A stretch of DNA of 64,000 nt from Mustelus asterias (lineage: Eukaryota): NCBI RefSeq assembly GCF_964213995.1, contig NW_027590338.1, positions 62,001-126,000 on the forward strand, given 5' to 3'. Positions 1-12,565 of the stretch are shown here, one piece after another (within the stretch, counting starts at the first letter, position 1; every line of letters begins with the position of its first letter). A program made the position numbers and the translations under genes. Below the pieces are notes generated by a model that was not told the origin of the DNA, searched no databases, and saw nothing but the letters and a program-made list of their open reading frames with translations.

Positions 1-209
1 ATTCATCCTATATGCTGAAACACCAGCGAGCTCACACTGCGATAGAACCGTTCACCTGCTCCCTGTGTGGGAAGGGATTCACTGATCCATCCCGCCTGCA
101 GAGACACCAGCGAGTTCACACTGGGGCAAAACCTTTCAACTGCTCCATGTGTGGGAAGGGATTTAATCAGTATTACAGCCTGCTGAAACATAGACGACTT
201 CATGTGTGA
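1..209 (+). CDS. C2H2 zinc-finger protein, 3' end (gene truncated by window edge)
   Basis: Two complete CxxC-x12-HxxxH fingers plus part of a third, with TGEKP-like linkers. Stop TGA at 207-209, followed by the 3' UTR motif shared by the other paralogs (TTGGATTCTG.TGTT). Confidence 0.85.
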   Translation, partial: SSYMLKHQRAHTAIEPFTCSLCGKGFTDPSRLQRHQRVHTGAKPFNCSMCGKGFNQYYSLLKHRRLHV

Positions 210-269
210 CCGGCAACGTTGGATTCTGTTGTTTCCGCACCCTGAGATAAACAATAACAATTGGATGAA

Positions 270-625
270 TAGGGGAGGCAGCGGCACAGTGGAATTATCA
301 CTGGACTCAGGGTAAGGCTCTGGGGACCCAGGTTCGAATCCCACCACAGTCGATGGTGAAATTTGTATTCAATTAAAATCTTCAATTAAAAGTCTAATGA
401 CAAACCTCAACCTTTAATCAATTGTCGTAAAAACCCATTTGATTCAGTAACGTCCTTTGGAAAAGGAAACCTGCCGTCCTTACTTGGTCAGGCCTACATG
501 TGACTCCAGACCAGCAATGTGGTTGACTCTCAAATGCCCTCTGAAATGGAGGGCAGTTAGGGATGGGAAAGAAATGCTGGCCCAGCCAGTGACGCCTACA
601 TTCCGTAAAAATGAACTTAAAAAAG
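270..625 (+). mobile_element. tRNA-derived SINE (family 2), 3' tail shared with the LINE at 8440-9195
   Basis: Head has A/B-box-like motifs (GGCACAGTGG, GGTTCGAATCCC). Tail AGGGCAGTTAGGGATGGG..AAATGCTGGCC..GACGCCTACAT matches the reverse complement of 8440-8505. Confidence 0.7.
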
Positions 626-744
626 TTCCTCAGTATCTCAGTAACCTCCTCCAGCCCCACAACACTCTGTGTAAACACAAGTTGTTGATGATTATGCCCT
701 GAGATAGATAATGTGAACCTGATTCCCATCATCCGCCAACTCGG

Positions 745-915
745 CAACTTCTTCACAAAAAGTAAAGCACATGGGATTGGGGCTGTTGTACTGAGATGGG
801 TAGAAAACTGATTGGCAGACAAGAAACAAAGAGTAGGATTAAACGGGTCTTTTTCCAACTGGCAGGCAGTGACTATTTGGGTAACGCAGGATCAGTGCTG
901 GGGCCTCGGTTACTC
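745..915 (+). mobile_element. CR1-type LINE reverse transcriptase fragment
   Basis: Degenerate match to the KVKAHGIG...WLADKKQRVG..NGSFS..VTSGVPQGSVLGP region seen in the intact LINE ORF2. Confidence 0.6.
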
Positions 916-2139
916 ACCTGCCATGGGTCTTGTTTTTTTTCCCTTGTTTATTATACATCATTTTTAAATTGTTGCTTCCTAAGAATCTAATTTAAAACCA
1001 TGGATAAACTCAAACCACTTTTGGAAAATCTGTGACTCTCTGATCAAGAATCTTACTGACCACTGCACACCATTCTAGTCACCGTATTATTAAAAAATAT
1101 CCAGGCACTGGAGAGGGCACAGAGAAGATTTTAATGATGAGATTTTAATGTAGAAGGCAGCTCACCACCACCTTCTCAAGGGCAATCAGGGATTAGCCAT
1201 AAATGCTGGCCAAGCCAGCAATGCCCACATCCCAGAAATGAATTTCAAAATGTGTGTTTTTTTATCAGGAAAGGATTGACAGGCTAGTTCTTCTTTCTTG
1301 AGAAATGAAGGCTGAGGGATAACCTGAGCAGAGGTCCTCAAATTTATAAAATGCTTCGATACAGAAATAGTGTTTCCTCTTGAGGGGAAAAGCAAAAAGT
1401 AAAGTTTATTTATTAGTCACAAGTAGGCTTAGATTAACACTGCAATGAAGTTACTGGGAAACTGGAGACAATCAATATGAAACAGTCACTAAGAAATCCA
1501 ATAGGAAATCCAGGATAAATTTCTCTACACAAAGAGTGGCGAGAATATGGAAATCACAACTACAGGGAGTGAAATGAACAGTACAGATGTCTTTCAGGGG
1601 AATCTCAACAAGTACTTATGAATGATTTTATAGTTCATTCAGGATTTATTTCAAAACGACTAAAAACAATAAAGTGACAGGAGATAATTTGCAGGGTGTG
1701 AGACTCTGTGTGTGAGTGTGTCTGTTGCTTTTCATTGGTGTCACAGAAACCTTCCTCTTTCTGAGCAGACAATCTGGCTCCTGAATGATGTGAATTGTAC
1801 AACTCAGAGATTCTCCATTCAGAATGACCATGTGCTGTGTAAAACCTGACATCTCCACAACCAGACGCCACTTCTCCTGGAACAACGTGAAGTGACTACA
1901 ATTTTCGAGATTGATTTCTTTGCTCTCAATATTTTCTCAGTTCATAAATTCCATCCTTACCCTTGAACACACCGATGGTCTCCACTTTAAATACTTCCCT
2001 CAGTCTTACCAACATATAGCAATTGGATTGCTGCTATTACAGGAATCCATTCTGAAATTCTGTAAATCTGACTGCCACCAAACACCAACCCATATCCCCA
2101 TCTGAGTTCCAGATTTTAATGAGATTTCTCAAAACACAG

Positions 2140-2443
2140 GCAGCCTGGCAGCACAGTGGTTAGCATTGCTGCCTCACAGTGCCAGGAACCCGGGTTCAAT
2201 TCATGCCTCAGCTGACTGTGTGGAGTCTGCACATTCTCCCTGTGTCTGTGTGGGTTTCCTCCGGGTGCTCTTGTTTCCTCTCACACTCCAAAACTGTGCA
2301 GATTAGATAGATTGGCCATGCTAAATTGGCCCTTAGTGTCGGGGATAAGCAGGATAACTACATGGGTTACAGGGATAGGGCTGGGGGTGAGATCGTTGTC
2401 GGTATAGGCTCAGTGACCTCCTTCGGCACTGTAGGGATTCTAT
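2140..2443 (+). mobile_element. HE1-like tRNA-derived SINE
   Basis: GGCAGCACAGTGGTTAGCATTGCTGCCTCACAG..CCGGGTTCAATTC head, GGGTTTCCTCCGGGTGCTC core and GTAGGGATTCTAT tail; the same family recurs more than 10 times in the window. Confidence 0.85.
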
Positions 2444-2608
2444 ACCGTCTGTCCTATCATTACATTGGATCCAATACTGTGTTCACTAACACACTGCAGC
2501 CTGACTTATATTTGGAATAAACACTGTTTGTTACATCCAGAGTAAGTAAATCAAGCCAATCCATGACGAAGGGTCATCCAGACTCGAAATGTTGGCTAGA
2601 ATCTCTCT

Positions 2609-3428
2609 GTAAGTCTCACAAACTCCCCACCCTTCAGGAGAACAGTGACCACGACACCACACAACCCTGCCACAGCAACCTCTGCAAGACATGCCGGATC
2701 ATCAACACGGATGCCATCATCTCACGTGAGAACACCATCTACCAGGTACACGGTACATACACTTGCAACTCAGCCAACGTTGTCTGCCTGATACGTTGCA
2801 GGAAAGGATGTCCTGAGGCACGGTACATTGGGGAGACTATGCAGACGAGACGACCACGGATGAATGAACAGCGCTCGACAATCACCAGGCAAGAGTGTTC
2901 TCTTCCTGTTGGGGAACACTTCAACGGTCACAGGCATTCGGCCTCTGATCTTCGGGTAAGCGTTCTCCAAGGCGGCCTTCACGACACACAACAACGCAGA
3001 GTCGCTGAACAGAGACTGATAGCCAAGTTCCGCACACATGAGGACGGCCTCAACCGGGATCTTGGGTTCATGTCACACTATCTGTAACCCCCACAACTTG
3101 CCTGGACTTGCAAAATCTCACTTACTGTCCTGGCTGGAGACAATACACATCTCTTTGACCTGTGCTTAATGCTCCCTCCACTCACGTTGTCTGTACCTTT
3201 AAGACTTGATTACCTGTAAAGACTTGCATTCCAACCATTATTTTGTAAATTGGGTTTGTATCTTTATATGCCCTGTTTGTGAACAGAACTCCCACTCACC
3301 TGATGAAGGGGCAGCGCTCCGAAAGCTTATGGCTTGTGCTACCAAATAAACCTGTTGGACTTTAACCTGGTGTTGTGAGACTTCTTACTGGGCTTACCCC
3401 AGTCGAACGCCAGCATCTCCACATCATG
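2609..3428 (+). mobile_element. Penelope-like retroelement 3' fragment (GIY-YIG endonuclease plus pseudo-LTR)
   Basis: ORF 2563-3087 has CKTC, NVVCLIRC..YIGET..R..EQR and EQRLI..F.T...GLN motifs of the PLE GIY-YIG domain. Flanked by a 10-bp direct repeat GAATCTCTCT (2599-2608, 3429-3438). Confidence 0.85.
3292..3332 (+). ncRNA. Minimal type I hammerhead ribozyme motif (Penelope pLTR)
   Basis: CUGAUGA-A-GGGGC/GCUCC stem II-GAAA-palindromic AGCU. Stem I pairing is imperfect in this copy. Confidence 0.55.
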
Positions 3429-3488
3429 GAATCTCTCTCCACAGTTGCTTGTCAGACCTGCTGAGGTTTTGCAGCATTTTCTGTTTTG

Positions 3489-3660
3489 AAGTCAGTGCTT
3501 TGCTGTGTTGTCTCTGTGCTCCATCCCCACTCTGATTGTATTGGAGCCTGTGTGTGTCATTGTTACACTCAGAGTAAGTCAGTGCTTTGCTGTGTTGTCT
3601 CTGTGCTCCATCCCCACTCTGATTGTATTGGAGCCTGTGTGTCTCATTGTTACACTGAGA
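3489..3660. repeat. Direct tandem duplication, 2 x 87 bp
   Basis: AAGTCAGTGCTTTGCTGTGTTGTC...GTTACACT starts at 3489 and again at 3576, near-identical. Confidence 0.9.
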
Positions 3661-3689
3661 CTCTGTCACTGTGATCATTGGACAAGCAG

Positions 3690-4100
3690 CAAGTTACTGT
3701 CACAATGCCCGGCTGATTGACTGCAGCGCGGACCAATGGGAAAAGGAGGGGCGGGGTTGGAGGTCCGAGCGGGGAGGCTGGTCCTCCAACCAATAGGAGC
3801 GAATGAGGGCGGGGCCCGCTTTGACTGGAGCATGCGCAGTGTGGGTAATGGCGACGGAGAAGGGCTGTTTTTCCGGCTCGGAAATAAGTCAGAGGTGATT
3901 GACGGTACGTAGGGGGCGAGGGATCTCGCGGGTGGACGGAAACGCTGCGTAAGCAGGTTGTGTAAGCCGCGAACCTCGGTAAAGAGCTTCACGGACCCAG
4001 TTTGCACCGAGCGGTCCTGCAGCTCCTCAAGTTCGGGCCACGTTCACGGCCGCCATCTTTATTGGGGGCTGTATGCATGTGCAGCCGCCATCGTTTTAGG
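3690..4100 (+). promoter_or_regulatory. CpG-island promoter / first exon of a ZNF gene
   Basis: CpG-rich. Several CCAAT boxes, GC boxes (GGGGCGGGG), an NRF1-like GCATGCGCA, ETS-like CGGAA and YY1-like GCCGCCATCTT. Confidence 0.7.
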
Positions 4101-4249
4101 GGGCAAAGATGTCAATGAGTGGGAGGAGCTTGTTCCCCATTGTTCAGAATGGAGACAACTTGTCCATCAAACTGCATCAACCCTCTGAGTCCCAATGACT
4201 TATTGATGAGGCAGAGCGGTGGCAGAGAAGGAAAGAAAGGGAAATAGCT

Positions 4250-4340
4250 TTGACAAAGGGTCATCTGGACTCAACGTCAGCTCTTTTCTCTCCTTACAGA
4301 TGCTGCCAGACCTGCAGAGATTTTCCAGCATTTCCTCTTT
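4250..4340 (+). mobile_element. Short Penelope-derived element (degenerate hammerhead)
   Basis: TGACAAAGGGTCATCTGGACTC..ACGTC...CAGATGCTGCCAGACCTGC.GAGATTTTCCAGCATTT; homologous to 2560-2608/3429-3487. Confidence 0.55.
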
Positions 4341-4825
4341 TGGAAAGGGAAATACATTCTGCTTTCCAGATCCCACAATATCATGGGATGTCTTTCCCAT
4401 TGGCCCGAAGATCTGTGGGCTCAGTTCAGTCACATGAAGATCCATGGCAGAAACTCGCGACCCTGAGGAGACATCGTCGTCGAATCGAGGGACTGCTGAC
4501 AATGACAAAGGGAAAAGTGCAGCAGGGAGCCTGAGTAGTTGTCCTGGACAACTTCTTATTGAATTTCATTTTTCGACTGACAGTGATGCCTTTTGTACAT
4601 TTCATTTTCAGGTATTAGAAGAGGATTTGCAGACACAAATCTCAAATGAAACGTCACATCAAAAACTGACATTGTTACTCAACTCATCAGGACCTGGATG
4701 TAGTCATCATTTGAACGTAAGCATTGAGTTCCAAGTCATTACCCCTCATGGTGTAAAATTTCTTCCTCATATTGCCCTGTAGATTTTGCTCAAAATCTTA
4801 AATCTGTGCCCCTTAATTCTTTTGC

Positions 4826-5368
4826 AATCACAGAAATCCTCCAGTGCAGAAGGAGTACATTCGGCCCATTGAGTCTGCACCGACAACAATTCCACCCAGG
4901 CCCCATCCTTGCAACCCCACCTATTTACCCTGCTAATCCCTCTAACCTACGCATCCGGGGACACCAAGGGCCAATCAACTTAACCCACACATCTTTGGAC
5001 TGTGGGAGGAAACCAGAGCACCCGGAGGAAACCCATGCAGACACAAGGAGAATGTGCAAACTCCACACAGACAGTGACCCAAGCCGGGAATCGAACCCCG
5101 GTCCCTGGAGCTGTGAAGCAGCAGTGCTAACCACTGTTAGTGGCACGGTGGCACAGTGGTTAGCACTATTACCTCGCAGCGCCAGGGACCCGGGTGCTCC
5201 GGTTTCCTCCCACAGTCTGAAAGACATGCTGGTTAGGTGCATTGACCTGAACAGGTGCCGGAGTGTGGTGACTAGGGGAATTTAACTGTAACTTCACTGC
5301 ATTGTTAATGTAAGCCTTACTTGTGAATAATAAATAAACTTCACTTTACTTGTACCACCGTGCCACCC
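4826..5368 (-). mobile_element. HE1-like SINE (-) with a nested short SINE variant (+) at about 5138-5350
   Basis: Reverse SINE is broken at TAACCACTGT and resumes as GTACCACCGTGCCACCC. The insert has its own tRNA head and an AATAAATAAACTTCACTTTAC tail. Confidence 0.75.
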
Positions 5369-5619
5369 AAATCAGCTGATAGGAACAGCTTTTCTTTAGC
5401 TACCTTCTCTTAGACCAATCATAAACTTGTACAGCTCTATCAGTCTCTTTTGCTCCAAGGACAATAACCCCAGTTTCTCCAGCCTAACATCGTAACTATA
5501 ATCCCTCATCCCTGGAACCATTCTGGTAAATCTCCTCTGCACCCTGCCGAGGAGCCTCACATTCTCCATAATGTGTGGTGATCACTGCTTTGCACAGATC
5601 CAGATGTTCTGTGTTCCTG

Positions 5620-5995
5620 TCTGTGCAGTAGGAGGCCATTCGGCCCATCAAGTCTGCACTGACTCTCTGACAGAGCATCTTCCCCAGGCGCAACCCTCTG
5701 AACTGCACATATTTACCCCGCTAATCTGCCTAACCTGCAGATCTTGGGACATGGGGACAATTTTACCATGGCCACTCCACCTAACCTACACATCTTTGGA
5801 AACTAAGGGTCAGTTTAGCATGGCCAATCCCCCTAACCTGCACATCTTTGGACTGTGGGATGAAACCAGAGCACCTGGAGGAAACCCAGGCAGACTTGGT
5901 GACAATGTGCAAATTCCGCACAGACTGCCACTCAAGGCCAGAATCGAACCCGGGTCCCTGGCACTGTAAGATAGCAATGCTAACCACAGTACCAT
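5620..5995 (-). mobile_element. HE1-like SINE
   Basis: Reverse-complement SINE core and tRNA head, with a short internal duplication of the CTAACCT.CACATCTTTGGA motif. Confidence 0.8.
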
Positions 5996-6279
5996 GCTCA
6001 CATTGTGTGGTGACATCATCCCCGCTCTCTGGGGATTTCCTCAACGAGGAGATTTTTCTCTGTCTGTTGGGAGATTCTGTTAAAGTTGTGGTTTAGTTGC
6101 GGGACTGTATTTGCAGCCCTTCCACCAGTGGGATCTTCCATTCCAGCTGATGGTGACCGCCCGAGGCAGTTTCCCAGCAGCACGGCCAGCGATCAATGCA
6201 AAATGTCCATGGGGGAGGGGCGAAAACCCCAGCTGTGCATGTATTCAATCCCTTTCTATCGCCGCCTATCTATTGTCTG

Positions 6280-7140
6280 TCTCACACACACCCACTCTCT
6301 CCCTCTCACACTCTCTCTCCCTCACACAAACATTATCACACACTCTCACACATACCTTCCCTCTCACATACACCTTCCCTCTCTCACACACATTCCCTCT
6401 CTCTCACACCTTCCCTCTCACACACACCTTCCCTCACACACACACCTTCCCTCTCGTGCACACACTCTCCCCCTCACATACACACTCTCTCACACACGCA
6501 CACTCTCTCTCTCACACGCACTCTCCCCCTCTCTCACACGCACTCTCCCCCTCTCTCACACGCACTCTCCCCCTCTCTCACACGCACTCTCCCCCTCTCT
6601 CACATGCACTCTCCCCCTCTCTCACACGCACTCTCCCCCTCTCTCACACGCACTCTCCCCCTCTCTCATACGCACTCTCTCCCTTTCTCACACGCACTTC
6701 CCCCTCTCTCACACGCACTCTCCCCCTCTCTCACACGCACTCTCCCCCTCTCTCACACGCACTCTCCCCCTCTCTCACACGCACTCTCCCCCTCTCTCAC
6801 ACGCACTTTCCCGCTCTCTCACACGCACTTTCCCGCTCTCTCACACGCACTTTCCCGCTCTCTCACACGCACTTTCCCGCTCTCTCACACGCACTTTCCC
6901 GCTCTCTCACACGCACTTTCCCGCTCTCTCACACGCACTCCCCCCTCTCTCACACGCACTCTCCCCCTCTCTCACACACACTCTCCCCCTCTCTCACACG
7001 CACTCTCCCCCTCTCTCACATGCACTTTCCCGCTGTCTCACACGCACTCTCCCGCTCTCTCACATGCACTCTCCCCCTCGCATGCGCACTCTCCCTCTCA
7101 CACACGCGCTCTCCCTCAAACACAAACTCTCTCCCTCCCT
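6280..7140. repeat. Minisatellite, ~22-bp unit CTCTCACACGCACTCTCCCCCT, in an inferred ZNF intron
   Basis: Directly visible tandem array with a variant block (TTTCCCG). It produces stop-free ORFs in all three + frames. Confidence 0.95.
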
Positions 7141-7424
7141 CTTTGCTCCTCCCATAAAGGTGAACCAGTTGGGTTTTTATGACAATCCAGCAGTTTCCCA
7201 TGGTCACCTTTTCCTCGTTCCGGCCCCACAAATGGCCAATCAACCTCAGATTGATTCATTCCGCTCAATTTCACAATCTGCCTTTGTGTTTTTGTGGGTT
7301 CTCTCTCACTCCCATTTTGCTGTTTTAAATCTATTTCACAGGATGTTAGAAGGAGAGGATTTGGAGTTGGGAAATTGAAACCAAACATCGCATCAGGATC
7401 TCAGACAGACAGATTTTATCGTAA

Positions 7425-8243
7425 ATGGAATATCATCAGATTTTGAAGATGGAAGGAGAAAACACTGTTCACACTGGGGAGAAACCGTACACATGTTCTG
7501 TGTGTGGACGAGGCTTCAGTCGATCATCTGGCCTGTCAGAACATAAATGCCGTCGCAATGGGGAGAAACCATGGAAATGTGGGGACTGTGGGAAAGGGTT
7601 CGATTACCCATCCAAGTTGGAAATTCATCAACGAACTCACACTGGGGAGAGACCGTTCACCTGCTCCCAGTGTGGGAAGGGATTCACACACTCATACCAC
7701 TTGCAGACACACCAACACATTCACACAGGTGAGAGGCCGTTCACTTGCTCCCAGTGTGGGAAGGGATTTGCTCACTCCTCCAATCTGCTGAGACACCAGC
7801 GAGTTCACACTGGGGAGAGACCATTCCAATGTTCAGACTGCAAGAAGTGTTATAAAAGTTCTGGGGAACTGATATCCCATCAACGCATTCACACTGATGA
7901 GAGACCCTTTAGGTGTTCTCATTGTGGGACTGGATTCAGACGATCATCTGACCTCACTGTACACCAACGAGTTCACACTGGTGAGAGACCTTTTAACTGC
8001 CCAGACTGTGGGAAGTGCTATAAAAGTTCTGGGGAACTACTGTCCCATCAACGTGTTCACACTGACGTGAGACCGTTCAGGTGCTCTCAGTGTGGGACTG
8101 GGTTCAGACGATCATTTGACCTTAGTGTACACCTGCGAATTCACACTGGGGAGAAGCCATTCCCCTGCTCCGTGTGTGGAAAGGGATTCACTCAGTTATC
8201 CAACCTGCTAATGCACCAGCAAATTCACAAGAAATCTCAGTGA
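7425..8243 (+). CDS. C2H2 zinc-finger protein (8 complete plus 1 degenerate finger)
   Basis: Open ORF with HTGERPF linkers. Splice acceptor TTTCACAG|G near 7341. Start could be 7425 or 7449. Confidence 0.9.
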   Translation: MEYHQILKMEGENTVHTGEKPYTCSVCGRGFSRSSGLSEHKCRRNGEKPWKCGDCGKGFDYPSKLEIHQRTHTGERPFTCSQCGKGFTHSYHLQTHQHIHTGERPFTCSQCGKGFAHSSNLLRHQRVHTGERPFQCSDCKKCYKSSGELISHQRIHTDERPFRCSHCGTGFRRSSDLTVHQRVHTGERPFNCPDCGKCYKSSGELLSHQRVHTDVRPFRCSQCGTGFRRSFDLSVHLRIHTGEKPFPCSVCGKGFTQLSNLLMHQQIHKKSQ

Positions 8244-8439
8244 TTGGATGTTGCTGTTTGTCACATCCTGGACTGAACCAGCTTCATTGAGGTCTGTTGC
8301 TGCTGATGTTCATAAACTCCAACCCAGTTATAAGGTGTGAGGAGCTCATGGAGTTTCTTTGTCACTAAGATTGAGACAATCTAATCAGCTGCTGCTTCTC
8401 TCCCTTCCTCGAGCTCACCGGATAAAACTGTCTCCAAAT

Positions 8440-9195
8440 TTATTCATTCCTGGGACATGGGCGTCGCTGGCTGGCCGGCATTTATTGCCCATCCCTAGTT
8501 GCCCTTGAGAAGGTGGTGGTGAGCTGCCTCTTGAATCGCTGCAGTTCATGTTCTATAGCTTGACCCACAATGCCGTTAGGGAGGGAATTCCAGGATTTTG
8601 ACCCAGTGACTGTGAAGGAACGGCGATAAATCTCCAAGTCAGGATGGTGAGTGGCTTGGAGGGGAACTTGCATGTGTTTGTGTTCCCATTTATCTGCTGC
8701 CCTTCTAGATGGAAGTGGTCGTGTGTTTGGAAGGTGCTGTCTAAGGATCTTTGGTGAATTGCTGCAGTGCATCTTGTAGATAGTACACACTGCTGCTACT
8801 GAGCGTCGGTGGTGGACGGAGTGAATGTTTGTGGATGTGATGCCAACCAAGTGGCTGCTTTGCCCTGGATGGTGTCAAGCTTCTTGAGTGTTGTTGGAGC
8901 TGCACCCATCTAGGCAAGTGGGGAGGGGAGTATTCCACCACACTCCTGACTTGTTCCTTGTAGATGGTGGGTAGGTTCTGGGGAGTCAGGAGGTGAGTTA
9001 CTTGCCGCAGTATTCCGAGCTTCTGACCTGCTCTTGCAGCCACTGTGTTAATGTGGTGAATCCAGTTGAGTTTCTGGTCAATGGTAACCCCAAGAATGTT
9101 GACAGTGGGGGATTCAGTGATGGTTCCACCATTGAAAGTCAAGGGGCGGTGGTTAGAGTGTCTCTTATTGGTGATGGTCATTGCCTGGCATTTGC
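8440..9195 (-). mobile_element. LINE (CR1/L2-related) 3' fragment
   Basis: Frameshifted RT C-terminus (KCQAMTI..ILGVTIDQKLNW..QKLGILR..YK.QVRSVVEY; HHRRSVAA..YKMHC..WNSLP) and a 3' tail shared with SINE family 2. Confidence 0.8.
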
Positions 9196-10429
9196 TCATT
9201 TTTAAAAAACTGATGGAGTGTGAGAGTGGTAATTACAGCAGGAGACAGAGTGGCCGTGTGAATTTAAACTGAGAGTTTGATGTGTTAATGAGCCCAGCAA
9301 GACCTCAAACAGGTGCTTACCCAAAACAGTTTAGTAGGGGTGGGTACAGAACAGAAATAGATCTGAATGGGCTGTTAGTGATCAAAGAATAATCGATGCA
9401 TGCTGTGCCACAAAGTTGTCACGAGTAAAGTATGATTAAAGTGAGTTTACTTTCCTTTTAAATTATCGATATTAAAATAAAGAGATGATGTTGATCAATT
9501 CTGGGAGAGATTTGTTGTGAGGAAATTGGGTGCGAATAGAGAGATGAAAGGAAAGAACAGAGTTAATGGGAAACTGAAACCTATGAAGGGAGTTGTTTCA
9601 GGTCTCGGTCAACAGCAGTAATAGTTGGTTAACTCCCAGAAAGCAGTGTGAAGGAGGCCGGATTGGAAAAGACAACTGCTGGTTAACCTCAGAAGCAACA
9701 CCAACAGGAGTAAAGGCACTGAGAGGTTAAAATAAAAAGTTACTGGATTTTTATAGATCTTAAAATCTAACGGCGTTGCTGGACAGATTGGTGAAGGTAG
9801 TTAAATTGAGATTGTTTGGAACTGTTTAAAGTATTGACATTGTGTGAAGCCATTGTATTATTTTAAGTGTAATTCTATTTCATTTTGTGTTTTTTTTCCC
9901 CCTATTTCTTAATTAATATTTAGATTGCTATAAAACCATCATAAGAAGTTGGGACATTTCCAGATTTCACAACCTCTCCTCATACAACACACATTGTAAA
10001 CTCAGATTTGTTGTTGTGTATTTGGGATATTGTTGTGTGTGGCATGGTCACGTGATCACTCTGTGACATCATCGGGTCTCTGCAGGCTGCCAGTAGTTGG
10101 GGAATTGAAGCCTGTCGAATGCACACCTAAAAATAAACCAGCCTCAATGCTGTTTTTATTCAATCTTGTGTGGACCTCTTGAATTGTCCCGATCTCTACA
10201 TCCCCTCCAACCATAGACAGCACAACATTGAGCATAAACCGTGCCCTTAACATTAAATAAACTCCAGCTCAGTTATAGGAGTTAATATTCGAGATAAAAG
10301 TCAAATAAATCAGCTTTGTATTAAACAAAGTGTATCAAGTCTTTTTAAATATCTCTATCACAAATTATTTCCTTTTAAAGGGACCTCCATCCTCACCTCC
10401 AACAAGTGTGAGGAACGCATGGCATATAA

Positions 10430-10770
10430 GGCGGCACAGTATTTAGCACTACTCCCTCAGTGCCAGGGACCCAGCTTTGATTCTGGCCTTGTGTGACCAT
10501 GTGGAGGTTGCACGTTCTCCCTGTGTTTGCGTGGGTTTCCTCCGGGTTCTTGAGTTTCCTCCCACACTCCGAAGATGTGCAGGTTAGGTGAATTAGCCAT
10601 GCTAAATTGCACCCAAGTGTCCAAAGATGTGTAGTTTGGGTGGATTAGCCATGGTAAATATGTGGGGTTACAGGGATGGCGTGGAGGGGAAGGCTTGGGT
10701 GGGATGCTTTTTCAGAGTCAGTGCAGACTCGGTGGGCCAAAAGGCCTCTTTCTGCACTGTGCAGATTCGA
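10430..10770 (+). mobile_element. HE1-like SINE
   Basis: tRNA-like head, GGGTTTCCTCCGGG core and GGGCCAAAAGGCCTCTTTCTGCACTGT tail. Confidence 0.8.
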
Positions 10771-12240
10771 TGGTTCCTTGTGACTAAGATTGAGCCAATC
10801 CAATCAGCTGCCTTTGCTGCTTCCTTCCCTTCCACAGACCACCGGACCAAAGTGTCTGTTAAGTTCCTCCTTGTCTGAGCTCTATCTTTCTCCAGTTTCT
10901 CTCCTATCTTCTTCTCCCTCTGAGCTCATCTTGTCCATGAGACCTGCCTTCAACTCCCTGGACTCCATTCTCACAAAACTGCTGTCCATCCAACTTCCCC
11001 ATGTTAGCTGACACTGTTCACAATTCTCTCCCATTTCTTACTGTTTCTCTCACTTTAAATGTACCGTCATCACCCATCCTAAAAAAAATACTAAACCCCA
11101 CTATCTTTGCAAATTACTGCCCCATCTCCAACCTCCTTTTCCTTTCCAAAACCCCTGAACTCGGTGTCCCCCGAGGATCTGTCCTTGGCCCCTCCTATTT
11201 CCCACCTCACCCCCATCCCTCTCCATTCCTCCACCGTTACTAAATTATCAAACTGTTCATCCCACATTCAGTTCTGGATGAGCAGAAGTTTCCTCCAGTT
11301 AAAAATTGGAAAGACCAAAGCCACTGTCTTCAGCCATCACTAAAAATTCTGTTCCCTCACTACTCAGAGTAACGGGTCATCCAATTAAGACAGTGATGAG
11401 GAATTTCTTCTCAGAAGGTAGTGAATCTGTAGAATTATTTACCACAGAGGGCTGTACAGGTTGGCTCACTAAGTATGTTCAAGGCTGAGATCGATTTTTT
11501 TTTTCTTAATCAGTAAGGGAATCAAGGGTTATGGGGATAAGGCAAGAAAGTGGAGTTGTGGATAATCACAAGCGATCAGTCATGATTTCATTGAATGGCA
11601 GAGCAAACTTGATGGGTCAAATGGCCTCCTTCTGCTCCTACGTCTTACAGTCCATCTCTCTCCCTGGGAACTGTCTGAGGCTGAACCACACTCTTCACAG
11701 TCTCGGTGTCAGATTTGACCCCAAGATGAGTTTCTGATCACATATCCACCCCATCACCAATACCAGATATTTCAATCTCCATAATGTCACCTGTCTTCAC
11801 CCACCCCAGCTCATCTGCTGCTGAAACCCTCATCCATGCCCGTGTTACCTTTAGACTTGACAATTCCAATACATTCCTGACCAGCCCGTCACATTCATCC
11901 CACCCCCACACAGAAACGAAAGATTCACCCATTCCCCCTGAGCTCACTGACCTACCTCACCTTCAAGTCAAGTAATGCATCAATTTTAAATTCGCATCCT
12001 TGATTTCAAATTCTTCCATGACCTTATACCTCCCAATCTCAGTAATCTCCAGTTTCACTATTCTCTGAGATATCTGCACTCTTCTCATTCTGGCCTCTTG
12101 AGCATCCTTGATTTTAATACTCCATCATTAGTGGCAGGGCCTGGGTGTGAAACTGTGAAATTCTCTCACTAAATTGTCCATCTCTCCTGATTCAAGATCT
12201 GCCTCTCCAATCAGGCTTTTCCCATCTATCCTAATATTAT
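10771..12240 (+). mobile_element. Degenerate L2-type LINE fragments, interrupted by a CR1 3' end (about 11360-11650)
   Basis: Translations include PILKK..NYCPISNL.FLSK, GVPRGSVLGP, WMSRSFLQLKIGKTK, LGVRFDPKMSF and AETLIHA.VTFRLD.SN. Confidence 0.65.
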
Positions 12241-12249
12241 GCTCTGTCA

Positions 12250-12565
12250 CTCAGAATCCCTACAGTGCAGAAGAGGCCATTTGTCCTTAAGAGTCTGTAC
12301 CGACATTCTGACAGAGAATCTTACCCAGGCCCTCTCCCCCACTTATACCTGTAACACATTTACCATTTCTAATCCATCTAACCTGCACAACTTGGGACAC
12401 TAAGGGTCAATTTAGCGTGACCAATCCACCTAACCTGCACATCTTCAGACTGTGGGAGTAGATCGGAGCACCCGGAGGAAACCCATGCAGACATGGGGAT
12501 AACGTGCAAACTCCAGTCACCCGAGGCCAAAATTGAAACCAGGGCCCTGGTGCTGTGAGGAAACA
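12250..12565 (-). mobile_element. HE1-like SINE
   Basis: Reverse SINE core GGAGCACCCGGAGGAAACCC and tail. Confidence 0.8.

Larger units (their letters stand above)
2560..3487 (+). mobile_element. Short Penelope-derived element (2560-2608 plus 3429-3487) split by a nested Penelope insertion
   Basis: TGACGAAGGGTCATCCAGACTCGAAATGTT (hammerhead-like) continues after the insertion as TCTCTCCACAG..CAGACCTGCTGAG..CAGCATTTTCTGTTTT. An uninterrupted relative lies at 4250-4340. Confidence 0.65.

Noticed and set aside
270-350. tRNA-like sequence with GGTTCGAATCCC (similar heads in all SINEs)
   Set aside because: It continues into a SINE body and tail and has no clean cloverleaf, so it is not a tRNA gene.
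6086-7378. Three long + strand ORFs (328-430 aa) rich in S, H, T and L
   Set aside because: They are translations of the stop-free 22-bp minisatellite, not genes.
9195-10260. Possible solo-LTR-like segments
   Set aside because: TG..CA ends and TSDs could not be convincingly delimited.
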